Below are positions 27,865 through 36,978 of a stretch of DNA of 64,000 nucleotides, piece by piece. Every line of letters begins with the position of its first letter. Position 1 is the stretch's first letter. The stretch lies in sequence record NC_041973.1; one strand, 5' to 3'. The position numbers were made by a program, and so were the translations under genes. Below the pieces are notes generated by a model. The model was not told where the DNA came from and did no database searches. It saw nothing but the letters and a program-made list of their open reading frames with translations.

Positions 27865-28566
27865 GTGATGACCCCTACCAAACAAATTAAACGCAGCTAC
27901 CGTCTGATCAAAGTGACTGCCGATGTAACACGGGATAACTGGGTCGGGAAAGACATCGACTTCATTGTTCAGCCCAATAAAGACATGATCGACGACACCA
28001 CACGTGGTGGACCTAATCGCCTGCTCGCGACATACATCGTGCTGGGTAACCGTATTCCTGTAACCGTTAACAGCCATGCGGCCATTACCCGGGAAGAAGG
28101 CTTGCAGGATCTGCAGGTCAGTATTGTCGATGGTCAGTCAAAATACATTGACATCAGTAATGTGCGTTACGTCGTGTCGTGTGAGTTAGAAGAGCACTTC
28201 ACCTGCACCCCACCAAAAGAACCTTCGCTACTTGATCAGCTGGTTGGCGGACCAATGGGTGACCCAACCCATATGTTCATTATCGATGAAAACTATAACG
28301 TCTTTGTCGGCACAGCGAACGATTCACAGGAAGATTATACCTTGGCTGGTCGTCTGATCAGTAACCTCGGTTCTCATGATGCTGAAGCTAATGATTTGGA
28401 GATTATCGGCAGTTATCCTGATGACCAAGGTGACCACTACTACGTCTCCATTGACTGGAACAAGTCATTCATTTCCGGGATTTCCAACAACGAGAAATGC
28501 GAATGGTTTAACCAACTCGATGCACTGGTAGCAATGTTGCTGGAAAAGATTAAAGTTACAGTGTAA
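27865..28566 (+). CDS. hypothetical protein
   Basis: AAGGA SD, followed by a terminator. Confidence 0.7.
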   Translation: MMTPTKQIKRSYRLIKVTADVTRDNWVGKDIDFIVQPNKDMIDDTTRGGPNRLLATYIVLGNRIPVTVNSHAAITREEGLQDLQVSIVDGQSKYIDISNVRYVVSCELEEHFTCTPPKEPSLLDQLVGGPMGDPTHMFIIDENYNVFVGTANDSQEDYTLAGRLISNLGSHDAEANDLEIIGSYPDDQGDHYYVSIDWNKSFISGISNNEKCEWFNQLDALVAMLLEKIKVTV

Positions 28567-28575
28567 GTAATATCA

Positions 28576-28607
28576 GGCAGGGGGAATACTCTCTGCCTTT
28601 ATTTTTT
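28576..28607 (+). terminator. intrinsic terminator
   Basis: AGGCAGGGG..CTCTGCCT followed by a T tract. Confidence 0.7.
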
Positions 28608-28678
28608 GTGGTATTCTGCCACAGAAAACTACTGGCCATACTACCAGTGGTATTCACTCAATAGACTGCGAGGAATAA

Positions 28679-29239
28679 ATGATGTTTGATAAAATTGAAG
28701 GATTGGCTGATGTGATCGAGCTGAAGTACGGCTTGCTTGATATCACCTATCACCGCGGTAACGACAAAGACCTCTATGTCGATGTCTTTTATAAAGACAC
28801 ACGCTTGTCAAGCCGGCGTGACCTGACCGATGCCCTGGACTACGCTTATATCGGTGTGCGGTTGTGTAACCCTCAGTTCGGTGCCTGGTGTTATGGTGCT
28901 GAGCGTGAGTTGGTCATGTCGCATTTAATGGACGCATTGAGAATGGTGGGTAAGCCTGCACCCAGGGCGGTTGAAGACTCACGGTTAAAGACAGGGATTC
29001 ATCGTACCATTCAGCTGCTTACCGAGAACGGTAACCTGCATCCGAAAGAGGATGATATCCGCATCACGATCCATCGCGCGGCACGAGTGGACTACGGTTC
29101 AACAGATACCATCGAAACAACCATCAGCATGACCAACCACGATATTACTATTAGTAAGCGACGGATTGAGTGTGTCAGTGGTGAGATGCGGGATTTACAA
29201 GCATGGGCGCGTAAGTTATATGCGAGACACTTTGAATAA
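28679..29239 (+). CDS. hypothetical protein
   Basis: GAGGA SD. Confidence 0.7.
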   Translation: MMFDKIEGLADVIELKYGLLDITYHRGNDKDLYVDVFYKDTRLSSRRDLTDALDYAYIGVRLCNPQFGAWCYGAERELVMSHLMDALRMVGKPAPRAVEDSRLKTGIHRTIQLLTENGNLHPKEDDIRITIHRAARVDYGSTDTIETTISMTNHDITISKRRIECVSGEMRDLQAWARKLYARHFE

Positions 29240-29249
29240 CGAGGTAGCT

Positions 29250-29651
29250 ATGGGTAGTGCGTACTGTAAGGTTGTGGCAATCCACAGCATCTATGTACAC
29301 AGTGCAGCGATGGAAGCGGTATCCGCTAAATACAGGAGCTGTTTTCGTTTGGCGTATAACTTCGTGAATGCTACGCAGTTAGCCCAACAGCTACGGCTTG
29401 CCGTGAAGAACAGCGAAATCCTGATTGTCGATACCAGTGACTTTACTCGCCGGGCACTTAACAATCTTAATGAGCAGTTCTACTGCATCTATCCGGGTGA
29501 GGAACAACATTCCGATATGTCAGTCAAGCATCAGCGTAACTGTCGCATGACGCCTGACTGTATTCATATCGAAATTCAAAACCTCAGCGACTTTGAGCGC
29601 TTAAACTGGGAAGTTCGACCCGATGCAGGGTTAAGGATATCACGCCGTTAG
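29250..29651 (+). CDS. hypothetical protein
   Basis: The start is moved to ATG 29250, after a GAGGT SD. Confidence 0.65.
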   Translation: MGSAYCKVVAIHSIYVHSAAMEAVSAKYRSCFRLAYNFVNATQLAQQLRLAVKNSEILIVDTSDFTRRALNNLNEQFYCIYPGEEQHSDMSVKHQRNCRMTPDCIHIEIQNLSDFERLNWEVRPDAGLRISRR

Positions 29652-29653
29652 AA

Positions 29654-29706
29654 CGGCATATAGGCCCTCCGTAATGGAGGGCCTTTTATGACATCTTTTT
29701 TTTTTG
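29654..29706. terminator. bidirectional terminator flanked by CGGCATA / TTATGAC
   Basis: AGGCCCTCC-GTAAT-GGAGGGCCT between convergent genes, plus a T tract. Confidence 0.8.
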
Positions 29707-29716
29707 GTTTACAGCG

Positions 29717-30112
29717 TTATACCAGGCGCTGAGTTAACTGCGAACTATATTGAATAGCGTGATAGGTCGCAGGTTTCTCAAGCTGCTCGGTGCAGCGGTA
29801 GACCGGGGTCTTCATAAAAGGGCAACCGGCATTCATTAATGCCTCACGGTTGCTGGGCGACTCATCCACGCGAATCACCACATCCGTGGACTGGAAGCCA
29901 AAGACTTCCCGCTTCGTTGCAGTATATTCTGCATCCAGCACCACGATCTTACGGTTGATCACCAGCTTCACGGCCACCGGGTATTTGATTACCAGGTCTG
30001 ACCCTAAGCCCGCCAAGACAAACTTAATGACAAACTTCTTAAGTCCATTTAGCAACTGACTCTCACTGGCCCAACTTTTAACAATCTGCAGCATGTGTGT
30101 ATTTCCACTCAT
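29717..30112 (-). CDS. hypothetical protein, last gene of the minus-strand operon (start uncertain)
   Basis: Candidate ATG starts at 30112 or 30094. A terminator lies downstream. Confidence 0.55.
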   Translation of the reverse strand: MSGNTHMLQIVKSWASESQLLNGLKKFVIKFVLAGLGSDLVIKYPVAVKLVINRKIVVLDAEYTATKREVFGFQSTDVVIRVDESPSNREALMNAGCPFMKTPVYRCTEQLEKPATYHAIQYSSQLTQRLV

Positions 30113-30169
30113 ATAAGGGGAAGTTAAGAAAAGCAACCTGAGGGCCCGTCCGTGATCCCTCATAATGTA

Positions 30170-30634
30170 TTACTTCATACCGTCCAACTGCTTTTGAAGT
30201 TCCTTTAACTGACGGCTTGCATCCGGCGTCTCGGCGTCATGATCTCTGATCGCTTCAATAAACGACTTCCGTTTGCAATAAGGATACTTCATCCATTTAT
30301 CAAATGACAAACCAAATTTGCCCAAGATATCCGCACGCAGATATTCGAGCTCATACTTTCGATACCCAACTAACGCCAGCGAGTCTTCCTGCTCGACCTG
30401 TAAGATTAACGAGAGCGGCGAGGTTTCCACGTTATGGTCAATAATCCCAAACGTGTCATCGTAAAGCTCTGTTAATCGAATTAGTGGATACTCCCAGTTC
30501 TCGGTAAGAAACGTGGGGTTTTCTAACGCGACATCCCAGGCATCGGACCGATCACTTTCGGACAGACCGAAATCCCAATGGATTAGATGTCGGCTTGATC
30601 GAACGTCTGATTCAGTGTATTCGTCATTAGGGTA
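30170..30634 (-). CDS. probable -1 frameshift extension of 30583..32202 (tail assembly chaperone GT/E'-like segment)
   Basis: Lies in the -1 frame of the upstream ORF and has no well-placed start after the upstream stop. It is entered at the T8 run (30634-30641). Confidence 0.6.
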   Translation of the reverse strand, partial: YPNDEYTESDVRSSRHLIHWDFGLSESDRSDAWDVALENPTFLTENWEYPLIRLTELYDDTFGIIDHNVETSPLSLILQVEQEDSLALVGYRKYELEYLRADILGKFGLSFDKWMKYPYCKRKSFIEAIRDHDAETPDASRQLKELQKQLDGMK

Positions 30635-32202
30635 AAAAAAACCCGTGCTACGTTCAGCGGGGTGTATGCCGGGAAGGTGTTGCTCACCAGCGGTTGACGC
30701 GCCTGGCAGTTCGGGCATTTCCAACGCGGTACTGCGACCACACCGACCGTTACCCGGTTGATGAACTTGTTCAGCTCTTCAAAGAACGGTTTACGCATAT
30801 CCGGGGTTGCACTGAATTGCTTCAGCAGCAAGGCCACGTCATCGGCCGACTCAACATAGTTGCCATCGTTGAACTCGATCTTGGTCACCCAGTGGGCGTA
30901 ACCACGCATGGAGGACAGCGCTGCCTGTTTGTTGATGTGTTGCTCACGCTGCTCACGCGTCATGCTGTCGTTGAAGCTGTCGGTGATCGCTTGTTGAATG
31001 CCGTTGATCCAGGCATAACCCGCTGCATTCTTATCTTCGAGTGATGGCACCCGCAGATAGAACTTCACATCTTTCACAGTGATGACATTGTCTTTCATCA
31101 CTTCAAAGCCGGTCTGATAGGCAACGACCTGCTCGACGGTACGGCCGCTGAAGTGAGACATGTGCGCACGCTGGGTTGGTGACAGACGATTGTTGTCAAT
31201 GATCGACAGACGAGAGACGTTAACTTTCGCTGCTTCAACATGCACACACTTCTTCGGATCGGCGGCACAGGCAGTGACCATGTGGTAGCCAGACTTAAAG
31301 CGTGCGCCCAGGTAGGCGTTAGCGATCAGATCGAGATCCTGCTCTTTGATTAACGGCAGCAGGGTTTTCTTATCGGAGACGCCGATGCTGCTGTCAGTGA
31401 CCATACCCAGCAGGAAGTCAGTCATGTGCTTACGCACCACGACATCCAGGTTGTTAAACACCAGACCGTTGGTACGACGACCGAGGATCGCTTTCTCAGC
31501 CATGATGGCGGTTTGCATATCCACAAACTCATCATCACCGGCAATCAGCAACGTAACCCAGATACCAGAATGTGGCAGCGGCAGATGGACATAGTCACCC
31601 ATGTTCATCACGCCACGAGCACGCATCACTGCCTGTGGACCGGTCAGCAGTTTAGTGCCTTCGGTACTGCGCTTCACTGGCGGGCGAGAAACACCCTGCA
31701 CTTTGTTATTGTCGAGCAGAATACCCTGCAGCCACTGCGCACCATCTTGACGAATGGTCAGGTTCAGACCAGAACGGTACGACAGGTTGGTGATGGCGTT
31801 ACTGGCCAGGGATAGCCAGATCATCGCTTTATCAGCACCGTACAGACTGACGATCTCTTTTAAGATCTTCTTGTCTTCGGTGTTGGTGTCGATCTCGTTG
31901 ATCAGCGCCGTCGCTGCATCGTAATCCTGATGCATGATAGACAGCACACCTTCCGTGCCGACATCCTCCATGGAGTTCAGCTTTTCAATGATCGGGTTCT
32001 GATAGAGCGGATCGAACGCCTGCTCAACGGCTTCAACTTCAGGTGCTTCAGCTTCGCCCTGTTGGCTGGTTTCTGCTGGCTCGGGATCGGTGCCAATAGT
32101 ACCAGTAGTCGCCGGACGGCCTGGATCAACTTCAGGAATACCAGAGTGGTTTTCTTCAACAGGATCTTGCTGTGACAGAATGGATGGGTTATCACCGGAC
32201 AT
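30583..32202 (-). CDS. putative tail/baseplate assembly chaperone (T4 gp26/gp51-like Cys motifs; phiKZ gp77-like by synteny)
   Basis: CAADPKKC and CPNC motifs, an acidic disordered N-terminus, and a slippery site 16 codons before the stop. Confidence 0.55.
   Translation of the reverse strand: MSGDNPSILSQQDPVEENHSGIPEVDPGRPATTGTIGTDPEPAETSQQGEAEAPEVEAVEQAFDPLYQNPIIEKLNSMEDVGTEGVLSIMHQDYDAATALINEIDTNTEDKKILKEIVSLYGADKAMIWLSLASNAITNLSYRSGLNLTIRQDGAQWLQGILLDNNKVQGVSRPPVKRSTEGTKLLTGPQAVMRARGVMNMGDYVHLPLPHSGIWVTLLIAGDDEFVDMQTAIMAEKAILGRRTNGLVFNNLDVVVRKHMTDFLLGMVTDSSIGVSDKKTLLPLIKEQDLDLIANAYLGARFKSGYHMVTACAADPKKCVHVEAAKVNVSRLSIIDNNRLSPTQRAHMSHFSGRTVEQVVAYQTGFEVMKDNVITVKDVKFYLRVPSLEDKNAAGYAWINGIQQAITDSFNDSMTREQREQHINKQAALSSMRGYAHWVTKIEFNDGNYVESADDVALLLKQFSATPDMRKPFFEELNKFINRVTVGVVAVPRWKCPNCQARQPLVSNTFPAYTPLNVARVFFTLMTNTLNQTFDQADI
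30634..30644 (-). promoter_or_regulatory. slippery sequence GGG TTTTTTTT (heptamer T TTT TTT) for -1 frameshifting
   Basis: The zero frame reads CGG GTT TTT TTT ACC. The -1 frame reads GGT TTT TTT TAC and stays open for 154 codons. Confidence 0.6.
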
Positions 32203-32219
32203 TATGCTTATCCTTACCT

Positions 32220-32687
32220 TTACTTTTTAGTGGGGTCGACCTGAACCGGGTCATTGAGTTTGCTTGCTGCGCCAGCGGCAACCGCGTTAGCATGGGCACT
32301 GTCTGACATGGTCAGAATGGCAGCACCGTGACGCTGCATCGCATCCAGCAATTTACTCTGCAGGACGATGTATTGTTCGTGCACACTGAGGAAGTCAGCG
32401 ATGGTGCTGTCATGCAAGGCATAACCGGTTTTGCCTTGATGCTGCTGCTTGATCATCGGCAGTGTTTCATCGATCTCTTTGACTACAGCCAGCGCCGCTT
32501 CGATGTGCGAGCTTAACGCAGAGGGGTTTGGCTGAAAGCGAATGATGTTGGTGTTGACGGCCATGAGACAAGTATTGCTCAGCTCATTGCGCAAATTAAT
32601 CGTATAAGTTGCCGCAGAATCCAGGTACTCCCAGAACTGATCGGGCTGATGGACCTCTGGTGCGAGAGGCGGTTCATTGGTTGACAT
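32220..32687 (-). CDS. helical hypothetical protein, first gene of the minus-strand operon
   Basis: AAGGA SD on the minus strand, 155 aa. Confidence 0.7.
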   Translation of the reverse strand: MSTNEPPLAPEVHQPDQFWEYLDSAATYTINLRNELSNTCLMAVNTNIIRFQPNPSALSSHIEAALAVVKEIDETLPMIKQQHQGKTGYALHDSTIADFLSVHEQYIVLQSKLLDAMQRHGAAILTMSDSAHANAVAAGAASKLNDPVQVDPTKK

Positions 32688-32720
32688 AACGGGTCCTTGA
32701 GGTGATTTATCTTGTGGCTT

Positions 32721-32746
32721 ACATATATTGACACTACTAATGTCAA
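32721..32746. promoter_or_regulatory. divergent promoter region with the TTGACA-N7-TGTCAA palindrome
   Basis: Between divergent genes. Contains AATATATGT on the minus strand and TATATTGAC on the plus strand. Confidence 0.4.
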
Positions 32747-32779
32747 CAATTACAACGTTTATACGGAAAAGGCACGGTC

Positions 32780-33691
32780 ATGAGTGATTTTACTGACTTA
32801 ACGAAATTGAAGACCGAATTACCACAAAACATCCAAAAGATTGATGAGCAGGATGATGTGGGTGACTTCAGCGATCTTAACGACTACCTCATGACCATCA
32901 TTCCGGATGAACGGCGTGAGCGCTTGATCGCGATCTGTCAAAACTTGAGCACCCTGCAGTATCATCAAGTCCAGCCCGATGTGGATCGGTTACTAATGAT
33001 GGCCAACGACGGTGAAGCGCCTTCGGTGCTCGATGACTTGACCCGGTTGTTATTTGAACACGCTTATGACTTAACGAAAAACATGGGCTTTAACTGGGCT
33101 GATGAGATTGAGTTTGATCAGCTGTTCCTGCTCGGTGATGTAATCGAAGGTGCCATGTTGATTGATGGCATGGAAGACTACGGCGACCTCTCAGCGATCC
33201 TGGATGGGGATGACTCAGTTGAAGAGAAGGTGGTGGATATCTGGGGTCTGGTGCTCGACAAAGACATGCACCATCTGTTTGAACAGATCCAGTCCATCGA
33301 ACCGGCGGTGATCAGCGGGATCAAGCAAGTCACGACCCGACCGTATGCCGAAGACGATTATGCAGATGTGCAACGTCCACTTGAGTTTGTGGTTGAGCGG
33401 TTGGTGAAAGTCCGTGAAATGATGAAGACCGATGGCATTGCTTACCAGCACGTGGCCAAGGGTGGCGCCTTAGGCGTTGAGCTCGATTCACTGATCACGC
33501 TCTACACCCCTGAGCTGAATGCCGTGACCGACCCGATCGAACTGACCGACCTGCTGGTTGCCTTTACCCTGATCAGCAACACCCCAGATGGTTTGGTGAA
33601 ATCCACCGCATCCCGGCTGGCAGAAAAATGGATTGATGATATCGAAGTCATCAATGTGGTAGGTAAACATATCGACAGGTATCCCGTGTGA
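32780..33691 (+). CDS. conserved acidic protein (phiKZ gp79-like by synteny)
   Basis: 303 aa, GTGA-coupled to the vRNAP beta' gene. Confidence 0.6.
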   Translation: MSDFTDLTKLKTELPQNIQKIDEQDDVGDFSDLNDYLMTIIPDERRERLIAICQNLSTLQYHQVQPDVDRLLMMANDGEAPSVLDDLTRLLFEHAYDLTKNMGFNWADEIEFDQLFLLGDVIEGAMLIDGMEDYGDLSAILDGDDSVEEKVVDIWGLVLDKDMHHLFEQIQSIEPAVISGIKQVTTRPYAEDDYADVQRPLEFVVERLVKVREMMKTDGIAYQHVAKGGALGVELDSLITLYTPELNAVTDPIELTDLLVAFTLISNTPDGLVKSTASRLAEKWIDDIEVINVVGKHIDRYPV

Positions 33692-34998
33692 ATATTCGCG
33701 ACTATTTAATCATGGCCTTTCGGGCAGGGGCTTACAAGCAACGCCAGTGGGTGTTGAGTGTCATGAGTATCACCCAGACCCCGGATGGTAAATCCGTAGC
33801 AGACAGTATGATCCCGTATCAGGCACACCGCATCAACATCGGCGCGACCCTCGATTGGGCTTACTGGGACGACTTCAACAAAACCTTTGTGCCGATTGAG
33901 GGAGTGGATGTTAACTTCCCGTTGTTTCGACCCGAGGATCAATACACACTACAACCTGGGGATTTTGCCAATGTCACTGAAGAAGTTACTACTACTTTCG
34001 GCCGTATTCTGGCTAACCATTATTATTTTATCGATGTGGTCGGTGAACGTGTCCCATTTCAGAACGTAGAATTCAACCGTGGGATGTTGGAGAAGATCTA
34101 CAAGGCCCGGGTATTAGAAGACGCCCAGGACTTGCGGCGTTCTGATCCGTTCTACCTGACCGTCGATGAATTCAAACGCTCAGTGGATAATGGCTTTGCC
34201 TTGGGTGGGTTGTCGAAACTTTGTGTACCGACTGCTTGTCCGGAAACCATGTATCCGCCGAAGTTCATCATCGAGATGCGTGACCGTCTGTTTGAAGAAC
34301 ACAAGGATGAGCTCAACAACCCGGTGGTCATGGGGCGTATTCAGGATGAGCTGTTAAAGCACTATCGTGAGTTCCTGATGTCCACCCCGTCAGCCAAGTT
34401 CTTTGTGATCAAGAAGACCATCGACCAGGCCTTCAACAACATGTTCCTGACCGGTGGTATTGCGGGGGCTTTTGGTGGTAACACTGTTATTACCAACTCG
34501 CTGTACGAAGGCTGGAACCTGAAGAACTTCCCGGCGTTAGTGAATGGCTCTATCGAAGCTTCCTTTGACCGCGGTGCGGCTACAGCCGATGGCGGCGAGA
34601 AAGTGAAGATGTTGATCCGTGCCACGCAGAACATCCGTATCACCGATGATGATTGCGGCACCCAGCTCGGGGTACCGTGGGTGATTGAAGATGCCGGCAA
34701 GGCACGCTTCATTAACTCTTACATACTGGATAAGGGTGTGACGATTCTGTTAACTCCGGAGAACATTGATAAGTTCGTCGGTAAGCCGGTCATGACCCGT
34801 TCACCCAGCTTCTGTAAGAAATCCCATGGCGACTCCTGTAAGTTCTGCGTCGGTGCGCATAACGCCACCAACCCACGCGGGATGTCTTCCGGTACCTCGA
34901 AGATCGGTTCTACCCTGATGTTGTTATCGATGAAAGCGATGCATAAAGGCAGTAAGATCGATCTGATCGAGTATAACCTTGATGAGGTCTTTAACTGA
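33688..34998 (+). CDS. rpoC: virion RNA polymerase beta' subunit fragment (phiKZ gp80-like)
   Basis: GGEKVKMLIRATQNIRITDDDCGT (beta' bridge helix/DCGT), RSPSFCK, CKFCVG and LLSMKAMH. Confidence 0.88.
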   Translation: MNIRDYLIMAFRAGAYKQRQWVLSVMSITQTPDGKSVADSMIPYQAHRINIGATLDWAYWDDFNKTFVPIEGVDVNFPLFRPEDQYTLQPGDFANVTEEVTTTFGRILANHYYFIDVVGERVPFQNVEFNRGMLEKIYKARVLEDAQDLRRSDPFYLTVDEFKRSVDNGFALGGLSKLCVPTACPETMYPPKFIIEMRDRLFEEHKDELNNPVVMGRIQDELLKHYREFLMSTPSAKFFVIKKTIDQAFNNMFLTGGIAGAFGGNTVITNSLYEGWNLKNFPALVNGSIEASFDRGAATADGGEKVKMLIRATQNIRITDDDCGTQLGVPWVIEDAGKARFINSYILDKGVTILLTPENIDKFVGKPVMTRSPSFCKKSHGDSCKFCVGAHNATNPRGMSSGTSKIGSTLMLLSMKAMHKGSKIDLIEYNLDEVFN

Positions 34999-35007
34999 GG
35001 ATATCTG

Positions 35008-35021
35008 AAACCTACATTATA
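35008..35021 (+). promoter_or_regulatory. class II candidate promoter
   Basis: AAACCTACATTATA upstream of 35053. Confidence 0.5.
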
Positions 35022-35052
35022 AGAGGGAGATAACTTTTATAAGGAACGTACC

Positions 35053-35769
35053 ATGTATGGTTTATTAATCCTCGCCTTGCCTCAGTCACCGTACGTCCAC
35101 ATGAGTGCGATGACTGCGGACAGGTTTACTGAACTGCTCCCACAACTCCAGAAAGAGCTCGATGCAGATATCTTTCCTAATGTGTGTTTCCAGGGTGCAT
35201 TCAATGTCAGTAATACCCGTACGGTCACTCAGCTGTTTATTCCGTGTAGCGGATTGGTGGCGGCGCGGGAGTTGGGGTATGAACAGATCCGCAATATTCT
35301 CGCCAACCCAGAGAAGGAAGTCCAGCATGTCACCAACATCGGTGATTGGCTGGGTATTCCTGGTAAGGTGATGTTTGATAATGCGGATGGATCTGTGGAT
35401 GAGGTCGTTGTGACTGACATGTACAAATATCTGGTACATGAAAGAAGAGAGCGCTCTGTCTTTCGGTTCAGTCCTATTGATCTTAGTATAACCGATACCG
35501 AACCATTACCAACTCACCTCTACCCACGTGATCATTTCTACGACCAGGTCTACCTCGACAAAGACGGCGAGCGTGCTTTCCTGTCTTACGGGTCGTGCGG
35601 TGAGGAAGGCTGTGTCATAGAACCCAGAGAAGAGAAACCCGTGCAAGTGTACGGCGTTACCTACTCGTCACTGGATGAAGTGGCCCGATGCTATAACCTG
35701 CCTGAGCAGTACGTGAAAGAACGCGTTGAGTCTGACAGCCTTGAATGGCTGGAGTGGTCATATTTGTAA
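35053..35769 (+). CDS. degenerate GIY-YIG (Seg-like) endonuclease family protein with NUMOD1-like C-terminus
   Basis: YGLLIL..YVHMS, R, FQGAFN, YEQ and TNIG follow GIY-YIG spacing. The C-terminus reads VQVYGVTYSSLDEVARCY. Confidence 0.5.
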   Translation: MYGLLILALPQSPYVHMSAMTADRFTELLPQLQKELDADIFPNVCFQGAFNVSNTRTVTQLFIPCSGLVAARELGYEQIRNILANPEKEVQHVTNIGDWLGIPGKVMFDNADGSVDEVVVTDMYKYLVHERRERSVFRFSPIDLSITDTEPLPTHLYPRDHFYDQVYLDKDGERAFLSYGSCGEEGCVIEPREEKPVQVYGVTYSSLDEVARCYNLPEQYVKERVESDSLEWLEWSYL

Positions 35770-35897
35770 AAGTATTTGGGGATGAGACGCAGAGCTGATT
35801 CCCATCTACGGTAAGTTGTTCAAGGAAGCAGCAAACCGGTTATAAAAAATGAAAGGGTTTTCGTAAGATAGTCAGTGCTCCGTACCCGAGACAATAC

Positions 35898-36095
35898 ATG
35901 ACCACAAACCCGCAGTTTATTTTCGTGGCTCAGAATTCTGATGCTACACACAGCGTAGAGAAACTGGAAGTAGGACGCGATACCGATACCCAGAAGAACC
36001 TCACGGAACTTCGTAAAGGTTTGCCGTTCGACTTCTCGTTTATCATGTCTGAAGAGGCGATCTATCAACTTCGACAGGCAGGGCACATCAACTAA
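35898..36095 (+). CDS. small hypothetical protein
   Basis: 65-aa ORF upstream of the DUF2829 gene. Confidence 0.55.
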   Translation: MTTNPQFIFVAQNSDATHSVEKLEVGRDTDTQKNLTELRKGLPFDFSFIMSEEAIYQLRQAGHIN

Positions 36096-36110
36096 ACTGC
36101 TGAGGTAGTC

Positions 36111-36563
36111 ATGACGAACAAATCGGAGATCTCACACGGTGGTGGTGATCAGCCTATGGAAAAAGAGCAAAGCAACTTATCCGTACTGGTGAACTACTCC
36201 ACAGGTGTGATGGAAGGTGACCGTTTTAATTACTCGGTTGCATTGGCGCTGTTGAAAGACGGCATCAAAGTGAAACGCGAAGACTGGAAGAACGCTTTCC
36301 TGGTGTTCGTCCCGGGTAGTCAGAATGTTGAACTGCCAAAAGGGTCGCCGTATGAAGTCGCACTCCACGGTAAGAAGTCCGTTGCCAATATTCGTCCGCA
36401 CATCGATCTGTACACGGAGTACGGTGAATTCGAAGTCGGTTGGACCGCCAACCAGGAAGACACCAACGCCGATGACTGGATGATTGTCTTAGACAAGAAC
36501 ACCAATCAAGACGACAGTGCCGACGAAGAGAAAGAGTCCTCAAACGACGACTCGAAGTCATAA
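36111..36563 (+). CDS. DUF2829 / Tad2-like nucleotide-signal sponge (putative anti-Thoeris/anti-CBASS)
   Basis: NYSVALALLKDGIKVKREDW..FLVF and HIDLYT..GWTANQEDTNADDWMIV match the DUF2829 pattern (F..AL..LK.G..V.R.GW ... W.PSQ.D..A.DW.IV). Confidence 0.8.
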   Translation: MTNKSEISHGGGDQPMEKEQSNLSVLVNYSTGVMEGDRFNYSVALALLKDGIKVKREDWKNAFLVFVPGSQNVELPKGSPYEVALHGKKSVANIRPHIDLYTEYGEFEVGWTANQEDTNADDWMIVLDKNTNQDDSADEEKESSNDDSKS

Positions 36564-36569
36564 ACCCCA

Positions 36570-36597
36570 GGAGAGCTTCGGCTCTCCTTTTATGCCC
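36570..36597 (+). terminator. hairpin plus TTATGCCC
   Basis: GGAGAGC-TTCG-GCTCTCC then TTTTATGCCC. Confidence 0.8.
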
Positions 36598-36612
36598 ATT
36601 AAGGAACATGTC

Positions 36613-36972
36613 ATGAGTGAAAAGAAAGCGTTTGAAGTGGTATTGGATAGCCGTCATGAACCGTACGAAGCTTACCAGTTATTAGTGGCGCGTATCAATA
36701 CGTTATTACGCACCGGTCAAGGCTACCATGAAGTGAAACTCACGAAGTGGCAGCTTTACGATAACGGTCTTCTTATCAAAGGAGATGATGATGTGCATAT
36801 CTCCTTGTTGCGTCATTTCTATTACGATAAGCAACGCAATACGTTTGGTGGTGGCTTCATGGCCTTTGAGATCCTGGAAGATTTGGGTCGTTACTACAAA
36901 GTGCACGATATCACAGAAGGGATGAGCGAGAACGTTGGCCTCGTCTTCACGATCACGGTAACCACACCATAA
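36613..36972 (+). CDS. hypothetical protein, paralog array member 1
   Basis: AAGGA SD; EVKLTKWQLYDNGLLIKG. Confidence 0.7.
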   Translation: MSEKKAFEVVLDSRHEPYEAYQLLVARINTLLRTGQGYHEVKLTKWQLYDNGLLIKGDDDVHISLLRHFYYDKQRNTFGGGFMAFEILEDLGRYYKVHDITEGMSENVGLVFTITVTTP

Positions 36973-36978
36973 GAGGTT

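Noticed and set aside
30635-30724. Independent ATG start at 30724 for the 184-aa ORF
   Set aside because: It would overlap about 140 nt of the upstream gene's Cys-motif region and has no clear SD. The -1 frameshift is more parsimonious, though the independent start is not excluded.
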